From Moniliella sp. 'wahieum' (Eukaryota): 64,000 bases of DNA. Location of the stretch: positions 1 to 64,000 of the forward strand of contig RSEE01000143.1 of assembly GCA_003971905.1 (NCBI GenBank). Reading direction: 5' to 3'. The position numbers and the translations under genes are program-made. The notes under the pieces are model-generated. The model did no database searches, was not told where the DNA came from, and was given only the letters and a program-made list of their open reading frames with translations. Each line of letters begins with the position of its first letter. The stretch's first letter is position 1. Positions 1-10,889 of this stretch are shown here, piece after piece.

Positions 1-1928
1 CGGGTTGGGGTGGAATGGGCCTGGCCCGCTGGGCCATTGATATGCGAGAGAAACGGACGATGCCGGGTGGCATACGCGATGATTTTGGTCAAAGTATACC
101 GCGCTTTGCGCAAGTTGGCCACTCTCCTCCCGCGTGGCCCACCGTCTGCGGTCCCTCCTCCTCCCCCATCGCCCGCCTCGTCAGCGACGGTTCCGCCAGG
201 ACACAAGCCAAGGCAATCAAGATGAAGAAAGTGGTGAGGGGGAAAAGGAGACGAAGCAGCAGCAAGAAGAAGACGACGATGTGAGAAGAAGTAGAGGGGT
301 GTCGTCATCGATCCACGCTATCGCCTCTGTCTCCTGCCGAGCAAGACCACCTGGCCTCTCGCCAGTCCTCACGCGGGACGTGGGTATGGCGCGGTACGTG
401 ATGGCGCGGCTGCTCAGCCCGAGGAGCGGCATCAAGCGCACGTTGGACGCAAACAGCCAAAGCGCACAAACGCCAAGTACGTCGGCAAACCAAGCCGATC
501 GAGGTGGGAATCTTATCGTCGTACCATGGGCGCCTGGACACACAAGACCAAATGGTCCCCTGTCCCTACCGTCTTGAGCTTTTGTCCGCCGACGCAAATG
601 GGTTCGCGTACGGCACAAGGGTCGCGCTCGATTCGGTCTTGGTTCCCGTTGCTTTTGAATGTGGGCGAGCAGGGCGGGAGGCGTGGCGAGTGGGTGTGCG
701 CCATGGAGGCGAGGGCATGGGGGTGGGCGTGGGCGTGGGCAAGGGCAAGGAGAGCGAGGGCCGGGGTAGCGCCCTTTGGCGCGGTTCCGAGAAGGAAACA
801 AACAAAACAGAGCAATGAAGAGCAAGATGTAGAGCAGAATGTCAAGAAGAAGAGGGGGAACGGGTATAGTTTCCTTTCCTCTCCGATGTGGTGCGGCAAG
901 GTGGACGTGACGCGGTGGATAGGAGGCGCGGCGACAGTCCGCGCCCACCTCGCCCACGTCCTGCCTTGCCTGTTGCTTCCCGAACGACAAGAGCGGCAAC
1001 GACGGAAGCAGCGCAGCGCCGTGAGTCGATGTGGGAACAGCGGCGGGCGTCGTCGATGGTCAACGAAGCGGCCGCCGCGACAGCCGGTGGAGGATGGTCG
1101 ATGGAGTGTCAGAGGAATTGTCGAGTGGCTACCGGAAGAAGCGGCAGTGCGTTTTTGACGGTGCCCAACAACCCGTTTGTGCCGTGGCCCTGGTCGTCAG
1201 CCGGGTCGTCCAGCCCGCCCTGTCGTTTGCGACAAGCGAACTGCGCCAGCTCGTCCAACACGCCGCGGCGATGTTGACGTCTTCTCCGTCTTCTCCTTCT
1301 CCGTCTTCTCCTCCCTGTCCTGCCATGGCCACCACCACCCCTCCTCTCCTCTCCCCGCGGGTCAAACGTAGCGGCAGAGTGGACGTTGCTGCACCAGGCC
1401 CACGTCGACCTCAACCTGGCTCGCGTGCAGCACGTGTTGAAGCAATGTCTCGTCGATCGACAGCAGCTCGAGTTGTGGGAACACTGGATGGGTCTCGCGC
1501 CCTCTCGTTCGAAGCCCCGTTCCTCGCGGTCTCATTCCCACGCTTCCTCCACCTTGCTCGACTGGAGTGGACCGACCCGTTCGCCCGTGCGACCCCCTCG
1601 TGCGCGGCCGAGCGAGCGCAGGCGCGCATGCGCCCAACGCACCACACCCGCGTGGCAGCTCCGCCGCCCCAACGCACAGGATGTCGCAGACGTGTTACTT
1701 GTCCATCTGCCCCACTTTCTCGAGTGCTTGGTCTTTGACCATTCGCGCACCCACTTGTTGCTCGCCGTCCAACGCTTTGCTCTCTCTCTGCCCACGTCGC
1801 CTTCTGCCTTGGGCCCACGCCCGTCGTTGGCTACCCAGCAATTGTTCCGCCAAGCACAGCTGCCGCGCCTCCTCCTTCGGCTGCTCTCCTACTGCTACCC
1901 CTCCTGGTGTTGGCGATGGTGGTGGTGA
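1..1928 (+). CDS. Dysferlin (DysF)-domain protein, Spo73/Mug65/Pex23-like; 5'-partial, frameshifted
   Basis: Stitching frames over 10-90 gives EWAWP-RWAIDMRE-TDDAGW-AYAMI, matching the DysF pattern WEWxWxxWxVDMxxxxDxxGWxY. The C-terminal VLKQCLVDRQQLELWEHW...DVADVLLVHLPHFLECLVFDHSRTHLLL resembles the LDREKLE...FVFQxSR tail of fungal Mug65-like proteins. Continuity between these two parts is assumed. Confidence 0.5.
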
Positions 1929-1999
1929 TGGTGGTGGTGATGGTGGTGGTGGTGGTGGTGGTGATGGCGATGGTGGTGGTGGGTAGTGATGGGGAGAGG

Positions 2000-3172
2000 A
2001 CAAAGGGGCAGCGCAGCACGAACCGCACGCGACCTCAGCCTCGCTCCTTGCGCAACTTGGCCAGGTCGCCGGATCGGGCGCGTTGCAGTTTAGCAGTGAT
2101 CGTCTCTTGGTCCGATCCAGTTCTCCGGCAAGTATGCGAATCTCGGGGCGGGCGTGCCTAGTGCTAGTGCCGCTGCTGCGACCCCGCTCGTCGCTTCCAA
2201 CACGCAGCCCACCTCCACCACCACCGCCACCTCCGCCACAGCTACCTTCCCATCCCTGTCCCGTCCCCTGCTGCTTCTCCCGCTGTTCCCCCGCGCCCCC
2301 ACTCTCCCCAGCCCCACCGGGCCAATCGGGCGAAGCGTGCCCATCAGACCTGGCGTTCTTTCCCCACTTCCTCCTGCCTCTCTGGTCCCTCGCCACGAAT
2401 CGGGCTCCGGTGCTCTCTCTTCGTCCTCACCCCATCCCCAACGCCAATGTTAATGCCAAAGCATACGCATACGCATGAACATACGCATAAGCATACGCAT
2501 GGGCATTCGCATCCGCACGCCCATGCGCTCAAGCGAGACCCAACTCCTCGGACTTTACTTCCTGCTTCTCTTTCTCCCTCCCTCTTCGCTTCATCCTCCT
2601 CCTCCTCCTCCTCCTCGTCGCGCCCACTCACGCGACCTTGCCTCGCCTTCGCCTACGCTTCAGCCTACGGAGGATGGGACGCAACTAACGACGCAGGGCC
2701 AGGACGGGAGTCAAGCTCGCGACCCACTCACGTCCCTTTGCCCGTGTTGGGCAGCGGCGACAAGTGCGACGGCCACGATGGCCCCAAAGGTCCCAATGGT
2801 CCCGATGGACATTGTTCTTCCCCTCTACTGCGTCGGTGGTTTCGCCTTCGCCGTTGGCTTTAGCTTCAGCTTCGTCGTGTGGCCTCGGCTTCGTCGTTGG
2901 CTTCGGCTTCGTCCCTGGCTTCGGCTTCGTCGCGAGCTCTGTCGTCTTCGGTACCAGTGGCAGTTCCGGCTTCGGTTTCGGCACCGGCACAAGTGCAAGC
3001 ACAAGCTCAAGCACCGGCACCAGTTGCTCCTCGTCCTCTTGCTTCCCTGCTATGCACAAGAGCCAAGAAGATACGTTGCGCAGTGCGGGTCTGGTTGCGC
3101 CCCTGGCCTGGTCTCCTTCTACCTCTACTTCGCCCGCCGGTGCGCGCCTGGACACGTCGCATTCCCACCCAT
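2000..3172 (-). CDS. Possible low-complexity hypothetical protein (Lys/Pro/Glu-rich)
   Basis: Overlapping minus-strand ORFs (2685-3155, 1695-2396) with charged, low-complexity content. No recognisable domain; both ends uncertain. Confidence 0.25.
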
Positions 3173-4024
3173 GTGCTGTGAGCCTGGGAGCCTGGGAGAG
3201 CGGGATCGGTTCGCCCGGTTGGTTCTTTTTCCTTTCTTTTCCTTTTTCCTCTATCCCTTTTTGTCCATTTCGTTCCTTTCGTCCCCGTTTTGTCGGTATT
3301 TATCCCTCACGTACTACTACCCCTACCCTTGCCCCCTGCTGCCCTTCCTCCTCCTTGCCCGCTCTCCTTTGGCTCGGTTTTGGCTTGCTTGCTCCGCTCC
3401 TCCCTCTCCCTCTCTCCCCCCTTGTTGTGTGTTCAGGTGGGGCAAGGTGTTCCTTTCCGCACGCAGCAGCGGTGGCCAATCAACTATGTCCACGGGGGGA
3501 TTTGTGTCTTTGCTTCAATTGCGTGTGTGTTTCTTGCTTGCTTGCCTGTTTGTTGCTCGTAGCTGTTTGTTCTTGCACAGTAGAAGGAAGTCTTCTGGGT
3601 GGGCTCGAGTAGGGAGGGATGGGTGTGGTTAGTTAAGTGGAGTACAACTGACTCTGCTGGGTGTGCTTGGTGAATAGCACCGTCCGCGCGACTTGTAGTG
3701 TTGCACGTTGATTCATGATTCAGTGCAGCTTGGCAGGAAAGTACGACCTGCTGAAGAATTGAGGATGTGTGCCTGCCGCTTAAAGCTTTATCGCCACGCC
3801 AATCAATTAATCAAGATGGATCAATCGATCATCGATCAGATCTCAGATGATGATTTCATCTCACATCTGACTTGCTTCCATCGCTCCTCCCCGCCGCCAC
3901 GTGCAACGTCGCCACGACCATCGTCACGAGAGCCGTCGGCGTCCGCAGCGACCACCTTGCTTCCCGCCCCGGTTGCTCGTTCGCTCGTTCGCTCCTGTGT
4001 TTGTTTGCTCATCTTGCCTCGACC

Positions 4025-5079
4025 ATGGATGAAGCGCACGCACGGCGCTTCCTTGCGCAATTCTACCCTCCCCGCCTGCGCAGGACGTCCCGCAGACCGA
4101 GACTAAGGACGGCACGGAGCGAGAAGAGGAACCCACATCTCCCACCTCGTCTACCTCGCCTACCTCGCCTACCTCGGCTCGGGGACGACCGCGGGTGACG
4201 TTGACGTTTGCCCAGTCGTTGGATGCGCGGATTGCCGGCCCGGGGGGAAAGCAGGTGGCACTAAGTGGATCGGCGTCAATGGTGTTGACCCATGTACTGC
4301 GCACGCTCCATGACGCGATCCTCGTGGGTATCGGCACGTTGCTCAATGATAATCCTCAATTGAATGGTACGTTCCCTGCTTCTTCTTCTTCTTCTTTTTC
4401 TTCTTCTTCTTTCTTCTTTGACATGCATTCCGACCGCCTTTCGCTAACCTCCTCCACTCACTTTGCGTTCCCTCGCGTGCATGCAGCACGGCATCTGTCC
4501 CCCGTTCCCCCCGTCGAAGCGCTTCCCATCCCCGTCGTACTGGACAGTGCATTCCGCACGCCACTCACGAGCAAAGTCCTGCTCAACGCCCAAGCTGGGA
4601 AAGGCAAGCCGCCTCTGATCCTCGGTCGCGCTCCCACGACACTGACCCAATCGACCGATTCGACCGATCTCCCCACCTCTTCCACTACCGCTCCCCCCAC
4701 CGATTCGACCGCATCGAGCGTATCGAAGCGTATCGAAGCGCTCCAAGCTGCAGGGGCGACGGTGGTGACGACGAGCCAACGTAGCTGGCCAGACGTGTTG
4801 GCAGCGCTGTACCAGCACGGCATTCGATCTGTCATGGTCGAGGGGGGAGCGGAGGTGATTGGCTCGTTGTTGGACGCTGCCGCGCAGGGGGAGGTGGACG
4901 TGGACTGGTTGGTGGTCACGGTCGCTCCGACTTGGTTGGGATCCGAGGCAGTCGGGTACCGTGTGCCCCCCCCCGGCTTGGAAGGTCGCGTGGGATGGCA
5001 ACATGTGGCTACCGAGATGGTAGGGTCGGATACGGTGGTGGTATTGCGTGGGCGTGGCCATGGGCAGGAGCAGGCGTAG
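4025..5079 (+). CDS. RIB7: 2,5-diamino-6-ribosylamino-4(3H)-pyrimidinone 5'-phosphate reductase (RibD_C; riboflavin synthesis)
   Basis: Motifs VTLTFAQSLDARIA, HDAILVGIGTLLNDNPQLN|AR, SVMVEGGAEVI and VVTVAPTWLG. Intron 4367-4486 (GTACGT..GCTAAC..CAG). One frameshift near the N-terminus. Confidence 0.93.
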
Positions 5080-5724
5080 ATGCACATCACCACCGCACCC
5101 GACCTCGTCGATGCGTAGCCTCCCTGCGGAATCGATCGCCTCCTCTTCTCTCCCTTCCAATGGCATGATACGGTACGTTCACCCAGCCCGTCGTCACACG
5201 AAAGGAGCCAGCTGGAGTTCCAACGCACTGCACTACCACGCACCAGATAAGAAACGTCCAAATGGGATTGGGATACATAAACAGACGGGGGGGGGAGGCA
5301 TGTTGGTCCGCCCATCCGTCTCGGACAAGAGCGGGTAGAAGATACCTGGGGAGTCCCTGCCCCTGCCCCCAACCCAAAGTGAATCAGGCTTGTCCTGGCC
5401 CGACGCGACCAGCGCCAACGTAGCAGCGAGGAAGGGCGGGATCCAAGGGGGGGTTATCTGCCGGGAAGGCAAAGAAGGCGGGGACGGACAGAAGAAAGGA
5501 GACTCAATGGCCGGTTGGGCGCCCGACAACTGTCCAACTTCCTATGCGGCCTCCACGCTTCGGTTTCCCATCAGTTGGAGGAACGCTGCAGTGGCACAAA
5601 GGGTTGAACTGCGGATGGTGGACTCTAATGGTGTGGTGGATACAGAGAAACAGATGAAACTGAGATCCATCCCGTCCTCGGCCTCGTCCTCGCCATCGTC
5701 AATCAGCGTATCTACTTTTCACTT

Positions 5725-7144
5725 TTACCCTCTGCGCTGGTCTGGCCACTGCCACACATGGCCCTGGAGCTTCTCCGCACGTTTGCGCGCAGCGTTCTGC
5801 ACGCGCACAGGGACCGACGCCCAGTACTCCCTCTCTCCTCGTCCGACAAGATGCGTGGAGACGCGTCAGGGCCCTGCTCGCGCCGCCACCAATCCTCGAG
5901 GTGGGGCAAGAGCGCATCCGCCGCAGCCGAGGCTATCGTACGCACATAGATCCCCTTTGTGGCTAGGTGCACGTACAGGATGGCCTGGCCAAATCGTTGT
6001 TGTAACTGGGCCCGCACGCGGGCTATCGTGTCCTCCGGTGCGCCCGGTGCGCCCGGTGCTCCCGGTGCTTCCTTTTCTTCTGACGCGTCCGGTGCTGGCG
6101 TTGGTTGTCGTGCTCCCTCCGTGTTAGGCGAGGGAAGGGTGGAAAGAGGAAGAAAGAGGACCGTGCCCGGTGGGTAGGCAGCAAGGGTAGGATGCGGTTC
6201 TAGTTTCACCCGTTTGTTCTGGTGCTGGTCGGACGTTGGCTCGTCAGCTGACGCCGGTGTCGGCGGGGGTGGTGCTTGTGGTGCTGGTATTGGTGGTGCT
6301 GGTGATGGAGGTGTTAGGGCTGGCGTGGGCACGGCATGTGATGCCCACGCGGGTCCGCTTGTCGTGAGCGTTTGGATCCCATGGGGACACGGGCAGAAGA
6401 AGGCGGATGCAGCGGTCGGGCTCGCTTGGCATCAGCAGCAAGCGCATCGCGGTACCGCTCATAGTACACTTTCAGCGCGTCGTACGCGTCGAGCGAGAGT
6501 GTCCGTAGCTCCTCTTGCCCTTGTTCTGCGCGCCGGACCTGGGCGCCCAGGGGAACCGCTGGGTCCAGTGGGCCATCGTGTCCTGCGCACCGGGGCCCGC
6601 AACAGTGAGCAGGGCACAGCGTGCGGAAGCGTCTCCTCGGCATCGGGCAGCGGGGAGCGGAGCGTGTGGACAGTCAAGCCGGGTGGGAGGAGAGCGAGGA
6701 GCCAGTGCCATGCGCGCACGAGCGCGCGCTGGGCAGGCGGGATGCCCTCGAGGAAGACCTGGCCCTGGTCCGGGTCGAGGCGGCCGTGTAGCGCAGCCCA
6801 AACCGGTTTGCGCTCAGCTCCACAATCGGCACAAGCGCCAACGCGTCCTGCACCGCATGCAGGCTCGGCGCGACAGCGGCAATGCTGGGCTGGAGAAGCA
6901 GGTGGGACAGGTGCAGGTACTCGTGCTGCGCCGACTTGGCGTGCAGCGCCGCCGCCACGGGCGAGGAGCCGGTCAGGGCACGGAGCAGGACCGTGGCGGC
7001 GGCATCGCGGTGCAGACGAGTGTCGGGGGGAGGGTGTGATGGTGGCAGTGGGGGTGCGGGGGGTGGGGATTGTGAATGCGGTTGTGGTGGGGGTAATGGT
7101 GGTGGGGGAGGGGGAGCGCGACGGCGGACCTGGCGGGGGATCAT
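5725..7144 (-). CDS. La-related RNA-binding protein with degenerate La motif and C-terminal xRRM (LARP7/Pof8/p65-like); frameshifted
   Basis: N-term MIPRQVRRR. La-motif-like YLHLSHLLLQPSI...VELSANRFGLR. Helix LRTLSLDAYDALKVYYERYR. xRRM-like YPPGTVLF...ILYVH...IYVR...RILSDEE-REYWASVPVRVQNAA, stop at 5725-5727. An upstream in-frame ATG also exists at 7393. Confidence 0.7.
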
Positions 7145-7160
7145 ATGGGGGGGGGAGGAG

Positions 7161-7380
7161 GGTGCTGGTGCTGAGGATGAGAATGGGGATGGTGTTGCTG
7201 ATGAGGATGAGAATGGGGATGATGGGGATGGCGATGGGGTTGCTGATGAGGATGGTGCGGGTGATGGTGCTGGTGCTGAGGATGAGAATGGGGATGGTGT
7301 TGCTGATGAGGATGAGAATGGGGATGATGGGGATGGCGATGGCGTTGCTGATGAGGATGGGGCGGGTGATGGTGCTGGTG
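7161..7380. repeat. Tandem duplication, 105-bp unit x ~2.1
   Basis: GGTGCTGGTG starts at 7161, 7266 and 7371; the two full units (GGTGCTGGTGCTGAGGATGAGAATGGGGAT...) are near-identical. Confidence 0.9.
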
Positions 7381-7649
7381 ATGAGGATGGCATTGAGGAT
7401 GGCGGTGGTGGCGTTGAGGTTGGGTGCTTACCTCAGCAGGTGTGATGATCGACGGCGGTGGAGCAAGCAGGCGCGCATGCAAGCCATCCATCCTGCTCTC
7501 CTCGCCATTGCCATCGCCATCGCCATCGCCATCGCCATCGCCACCATCGCCATCGCCGCCACCACCGCCATCGTGCCCACCACCACCACTCCCACCACCA
7601 CCGTCCCCACGCCCCTTCCCCCCCCTCCTCCTCTGCTGCGCTCCACACC

Positions 7650-10142
7650 ATGGCAGCCGGGCTGGGTGTTGTGGTTGAGCCCGCCGAGGCCGGCTTCTTT
7701 GCCGGCGAGTCGCTCCACGTCCGCATCACCTTCCGCAACCTCCGCGCGCCCACCTCCCACGCCCGCACCCGCACCCACGCCCGCACGGCCTCTGCCCTCC
7801 TCTCAGTCTGCCCGGCTGTCCGACACCTTCCGCCTGCCCTCGGCCCCGGCGCCACCTACGCCCGGCTGGGATGAGCAGCTGCTCTGGGCCTACGCCCAGC
7901 TCAGCGGCGCCTTCTCCATCGACGAGGCGCTGGTCAAGCCCTTTGACTTTGACTTGGTCAAGCAGAAAATCGCTCAGGGCAGCCTGCATGCCGACACGCG
8001 CCCTGGTCGGGCCGTCGGTGGCGGCGAGCTGATCCCCAGTGCCATGGCTACGGGAGCAGCCGATGCGCAGGAGCAGGATGACTCCGACGACGACGAAGAC
8101 AATGCACAAGATAATGAGGTGAGGAGAAGGATGAGGATGATGAAGAGCACGACGAGGACAAGCTTGGCCATGACCATGGGCATGGACGAGGGCAAGGACA
8201 AGAGAAAGAACACGCTCCCTACCCCCACCAGCCGCCAAACAGCTTGACCCTGGCGCATGCGTCGCTGGACAGCTTGGTGCTGGGCTTGGGGCTGCCCTCG
8301 CCGCTGGACCGGTCGGTACAGGAGGAGCGGTTGTATGCCAAGCTGACTGGCCAGCCGCCGCCGCGACGGACACGTTCCGTGTCGGTGGCCCATCTGGGCG
8401 GCTTCCCTTCGCTCGACGAGCGCGCCGACGGCTGGACTGCTTACCTGCGCAACCGGCTCACCTTGGGTGGCGGCGCTACGCCCAAGGCGCTGCCGCTGGA
8501 AAGGACGGCGACTGGGCGCGTGCCCCTGCACCCACCACCGCCGTACCGGAAGCACCTTGGCTGACAAGGCCGCCTCCACCGTCTTGGCACGTGAAATCCC
8601 CACGCTCAGTATGCCCCCGAGCGTGCTGTGCGTCGATCTGACCTTGGCCCCGGGGGAAGAATCGTCGTACGACCTCACCCTCCCCTTGCCCCCGGACCTA
8701 CCGCCGTCCTACATTGGACGCAGCATCTCCTTCACCTACACCTTGTCCATCGGCACCAACCGTCTGCTCGGAAGGCAGCGCAGTCGGATTGTCCAGATCC
8801 CCATTCGCGTGTTTACCCACGTAGCCAAAGCGGGTGATCTGCCGTTTTGGGACTTGCTCAACCCCATCATCTGGCTCACGGACCATGCTGCCGTCGTGCC
8901 TGCTCCAGCGCCGTTGGGGGACACGTCGGTGCGCCCAGTGCGGCCCCCACCCCACCCAACGGACAAGCAGGTAACACGCGCCGATCTCGAAGCCTATGCC
9001 CGTTCGCTCCTTACGGACCAACCCCTGTCTCGCAACGCTGCGGCGGCGGCCGGTCAGGAGGAGGAGGACAACGATGGTCCCAAGACTTGTCTCGAGTATG
9101 CCGACCTGCTCACCCGTTCTTCTCCCAAAGGTACGTAAACGTGGTCCCGTAACGTGGTCCCGCGTGTGCGCCATTGCTCCCCGCCCACTACATACTGACA
9201 CGCTCCCGCGCGCGGCGCAGTATCGTACGACATTGCCAAGGACGGCCAGGTGGCCGCGATCTTGACCCTGACCCAAAGCAAGTACCGCCTGGGCGATACG
9301 ATCCGGGGCACATTGACGATCAATGCGGCGCAGGCGGGACACGGATCGTACGTGCCAAAGTACAGTTGGAGTGCTACGAAGAGATCCAGGGAGACCTGCG
9401 TCGCTTACCCTCTGCCCACTCGCTTCGACTTACCACCCGCACGCTGGAGGCCACCGAGGAATCCGTACTGGACCTAGGTAGGTGGGGGTGGGAACTCACC
9501 ATCCCACCTACGTTGGCACCCAGTTTCCATACGTCCGCCCTGAGCTTCAAGTACGTGATCAAGTTGTCCCTCTTGACCTTGGGCAGTGTGCGGGCCCAGC
9601 GCCGAAACCTGTGTTCCCCAGCGTCCGAGGCGGCGCGGCCAAAGCCACCACCAACGCCAACGCCAACGCCACAGCCACAGCCGCATCGGTCTCGTCCTCA
9701 TGGACCTACCCCAGTGGCGTGCCCTTGGACCATTCGCGTGTCCCACCACCGCATTTGGTCCCGAGCCACTCGGATGGGTTTGGCGCGTACCACGAACGGT
9801 TGCAAGCTGTTCCCTCGCTCGTCGGACCGTTGCCCTTTGTTCTCGACACGCCCGAAGCGGGAGCGGGACAGCCGCCCAGCCGGCACCGAGGCAGCTGACG
9901 ACACTACGGGACAAACGTTTGCTGCGTGGCTCGACGCCGCGCGCGCAGCTAGGGAAACTAAGTTGGAAATCGTTGAATGTTCCATCCCACTCACCGTCTT
10001 GCCCTCCGCGCTCAACATACCGTCTCCAGCATCCAATTCACCGCTAACAATAAAAGTGTCTCTCTGCCCTCCCTACCCCTCTCTCCCCCCTCCCCTGCCT
10101 TACCTTACTCCTACCCTATCCTATCCTACCCTCCGCCAATGA
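7650..10142 (+). CDS. RGP1: Rgp1 (Ric1-Rgp1 Ypt6/Rab6 GEF subunit); frameshifted
   Basis: MAAGLGVVVEPAEAGFFAGESLHVRITFRN; LLWAYAQLSGAFSIDEALVK; PPSVLCVDLTLAPGEESSYDLTLPLPPDLPPSYIG; KYRLGDTI; LEIVECSIPLTVLP. Intron 9131-9220 (GTACGT..CTGAC..CAG). 3' end approximate. Confidence 0.88.
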
Positions 10143-10440
10143 CATTGCCATTGCCAAAGCCAAAGCCAAAGCCAAAGCCAAAGTCATTGTCATTGTCATT
10201 GCCCCCCCCCCCCTCCTTCTCTCCGCCTACACATCATATGCTCATAGTAGCCACACCAGCTAGGATGCACGTCCCAAGCTTCCCATCGCAGTGTCAAACG
10301 ACAACTGTCCAGTGTCGAGGGGCACGTGTCCCACAACTTCTCCGACCGTGGCCGGTTACGAGATCGATAAGTGCATTGCGTGGCGAGTGGGGGTACAGCG
10401 TACGGTCCATGACGGTCGTCGGTGGTGTGGGCGCCGGACT

Positions 10441-10510
10441 GGCACTGTCACTGTCACTGTCACTGTCACTGTCACTGCCACTGCCACTGCCACTGTCACT
10501 GCCCACTGCC
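10441..10510. repeat. (CACTGT/CACTGC)n microsatellite
   Basis: About 10 direct hexamer repeats. Confidence 0.9.
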
Positions 10511-10889
10511 ACCAGTGCCACTGTTGTTGTTGCTCCCGAGCTGAAATGGGGACGGACGGACGGGTGGACCGAACCGAGTGAGGAGGGGCGGGGGAGTCGG
10601 TTCTCCGCCGCATCTTATCTTCCTACCTCCAGACCAGAATAAAGTGTCCTCTCCTCACGCTATGACCTATGAAACGAAGGGCGGGGGGGGGGGGGGGGGA
10701 AGCAAGAGGTAGACCCGGACGTTGTCGAGTAGCAAGCAGATGACGGAAGGTCATGCTACTAGCCTCGTCAGGGACAAAGAAAAGACAAAGAAAGAAGGAT
10801 GAATTTCCTGTCGCGGACCGCGCGGGATGCGGTATGTTGCGATGGGGACAGTTTGCAGTGGGGTGTTTCGCAGTGAGAGTGATGACGCA

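Noticed and set aside
5087..5700. Additional gene between RIB7 and the La/xRRM gene
   Set aside because: Only short ORFs with no recognisable motif; cannot be supported.
6214..8247. 677-aa plus-strand ORF
   Set aside because: Mostly antisense to the La/xRRM gene plus repeat sequence; only its last part is a real RGP1 frame.
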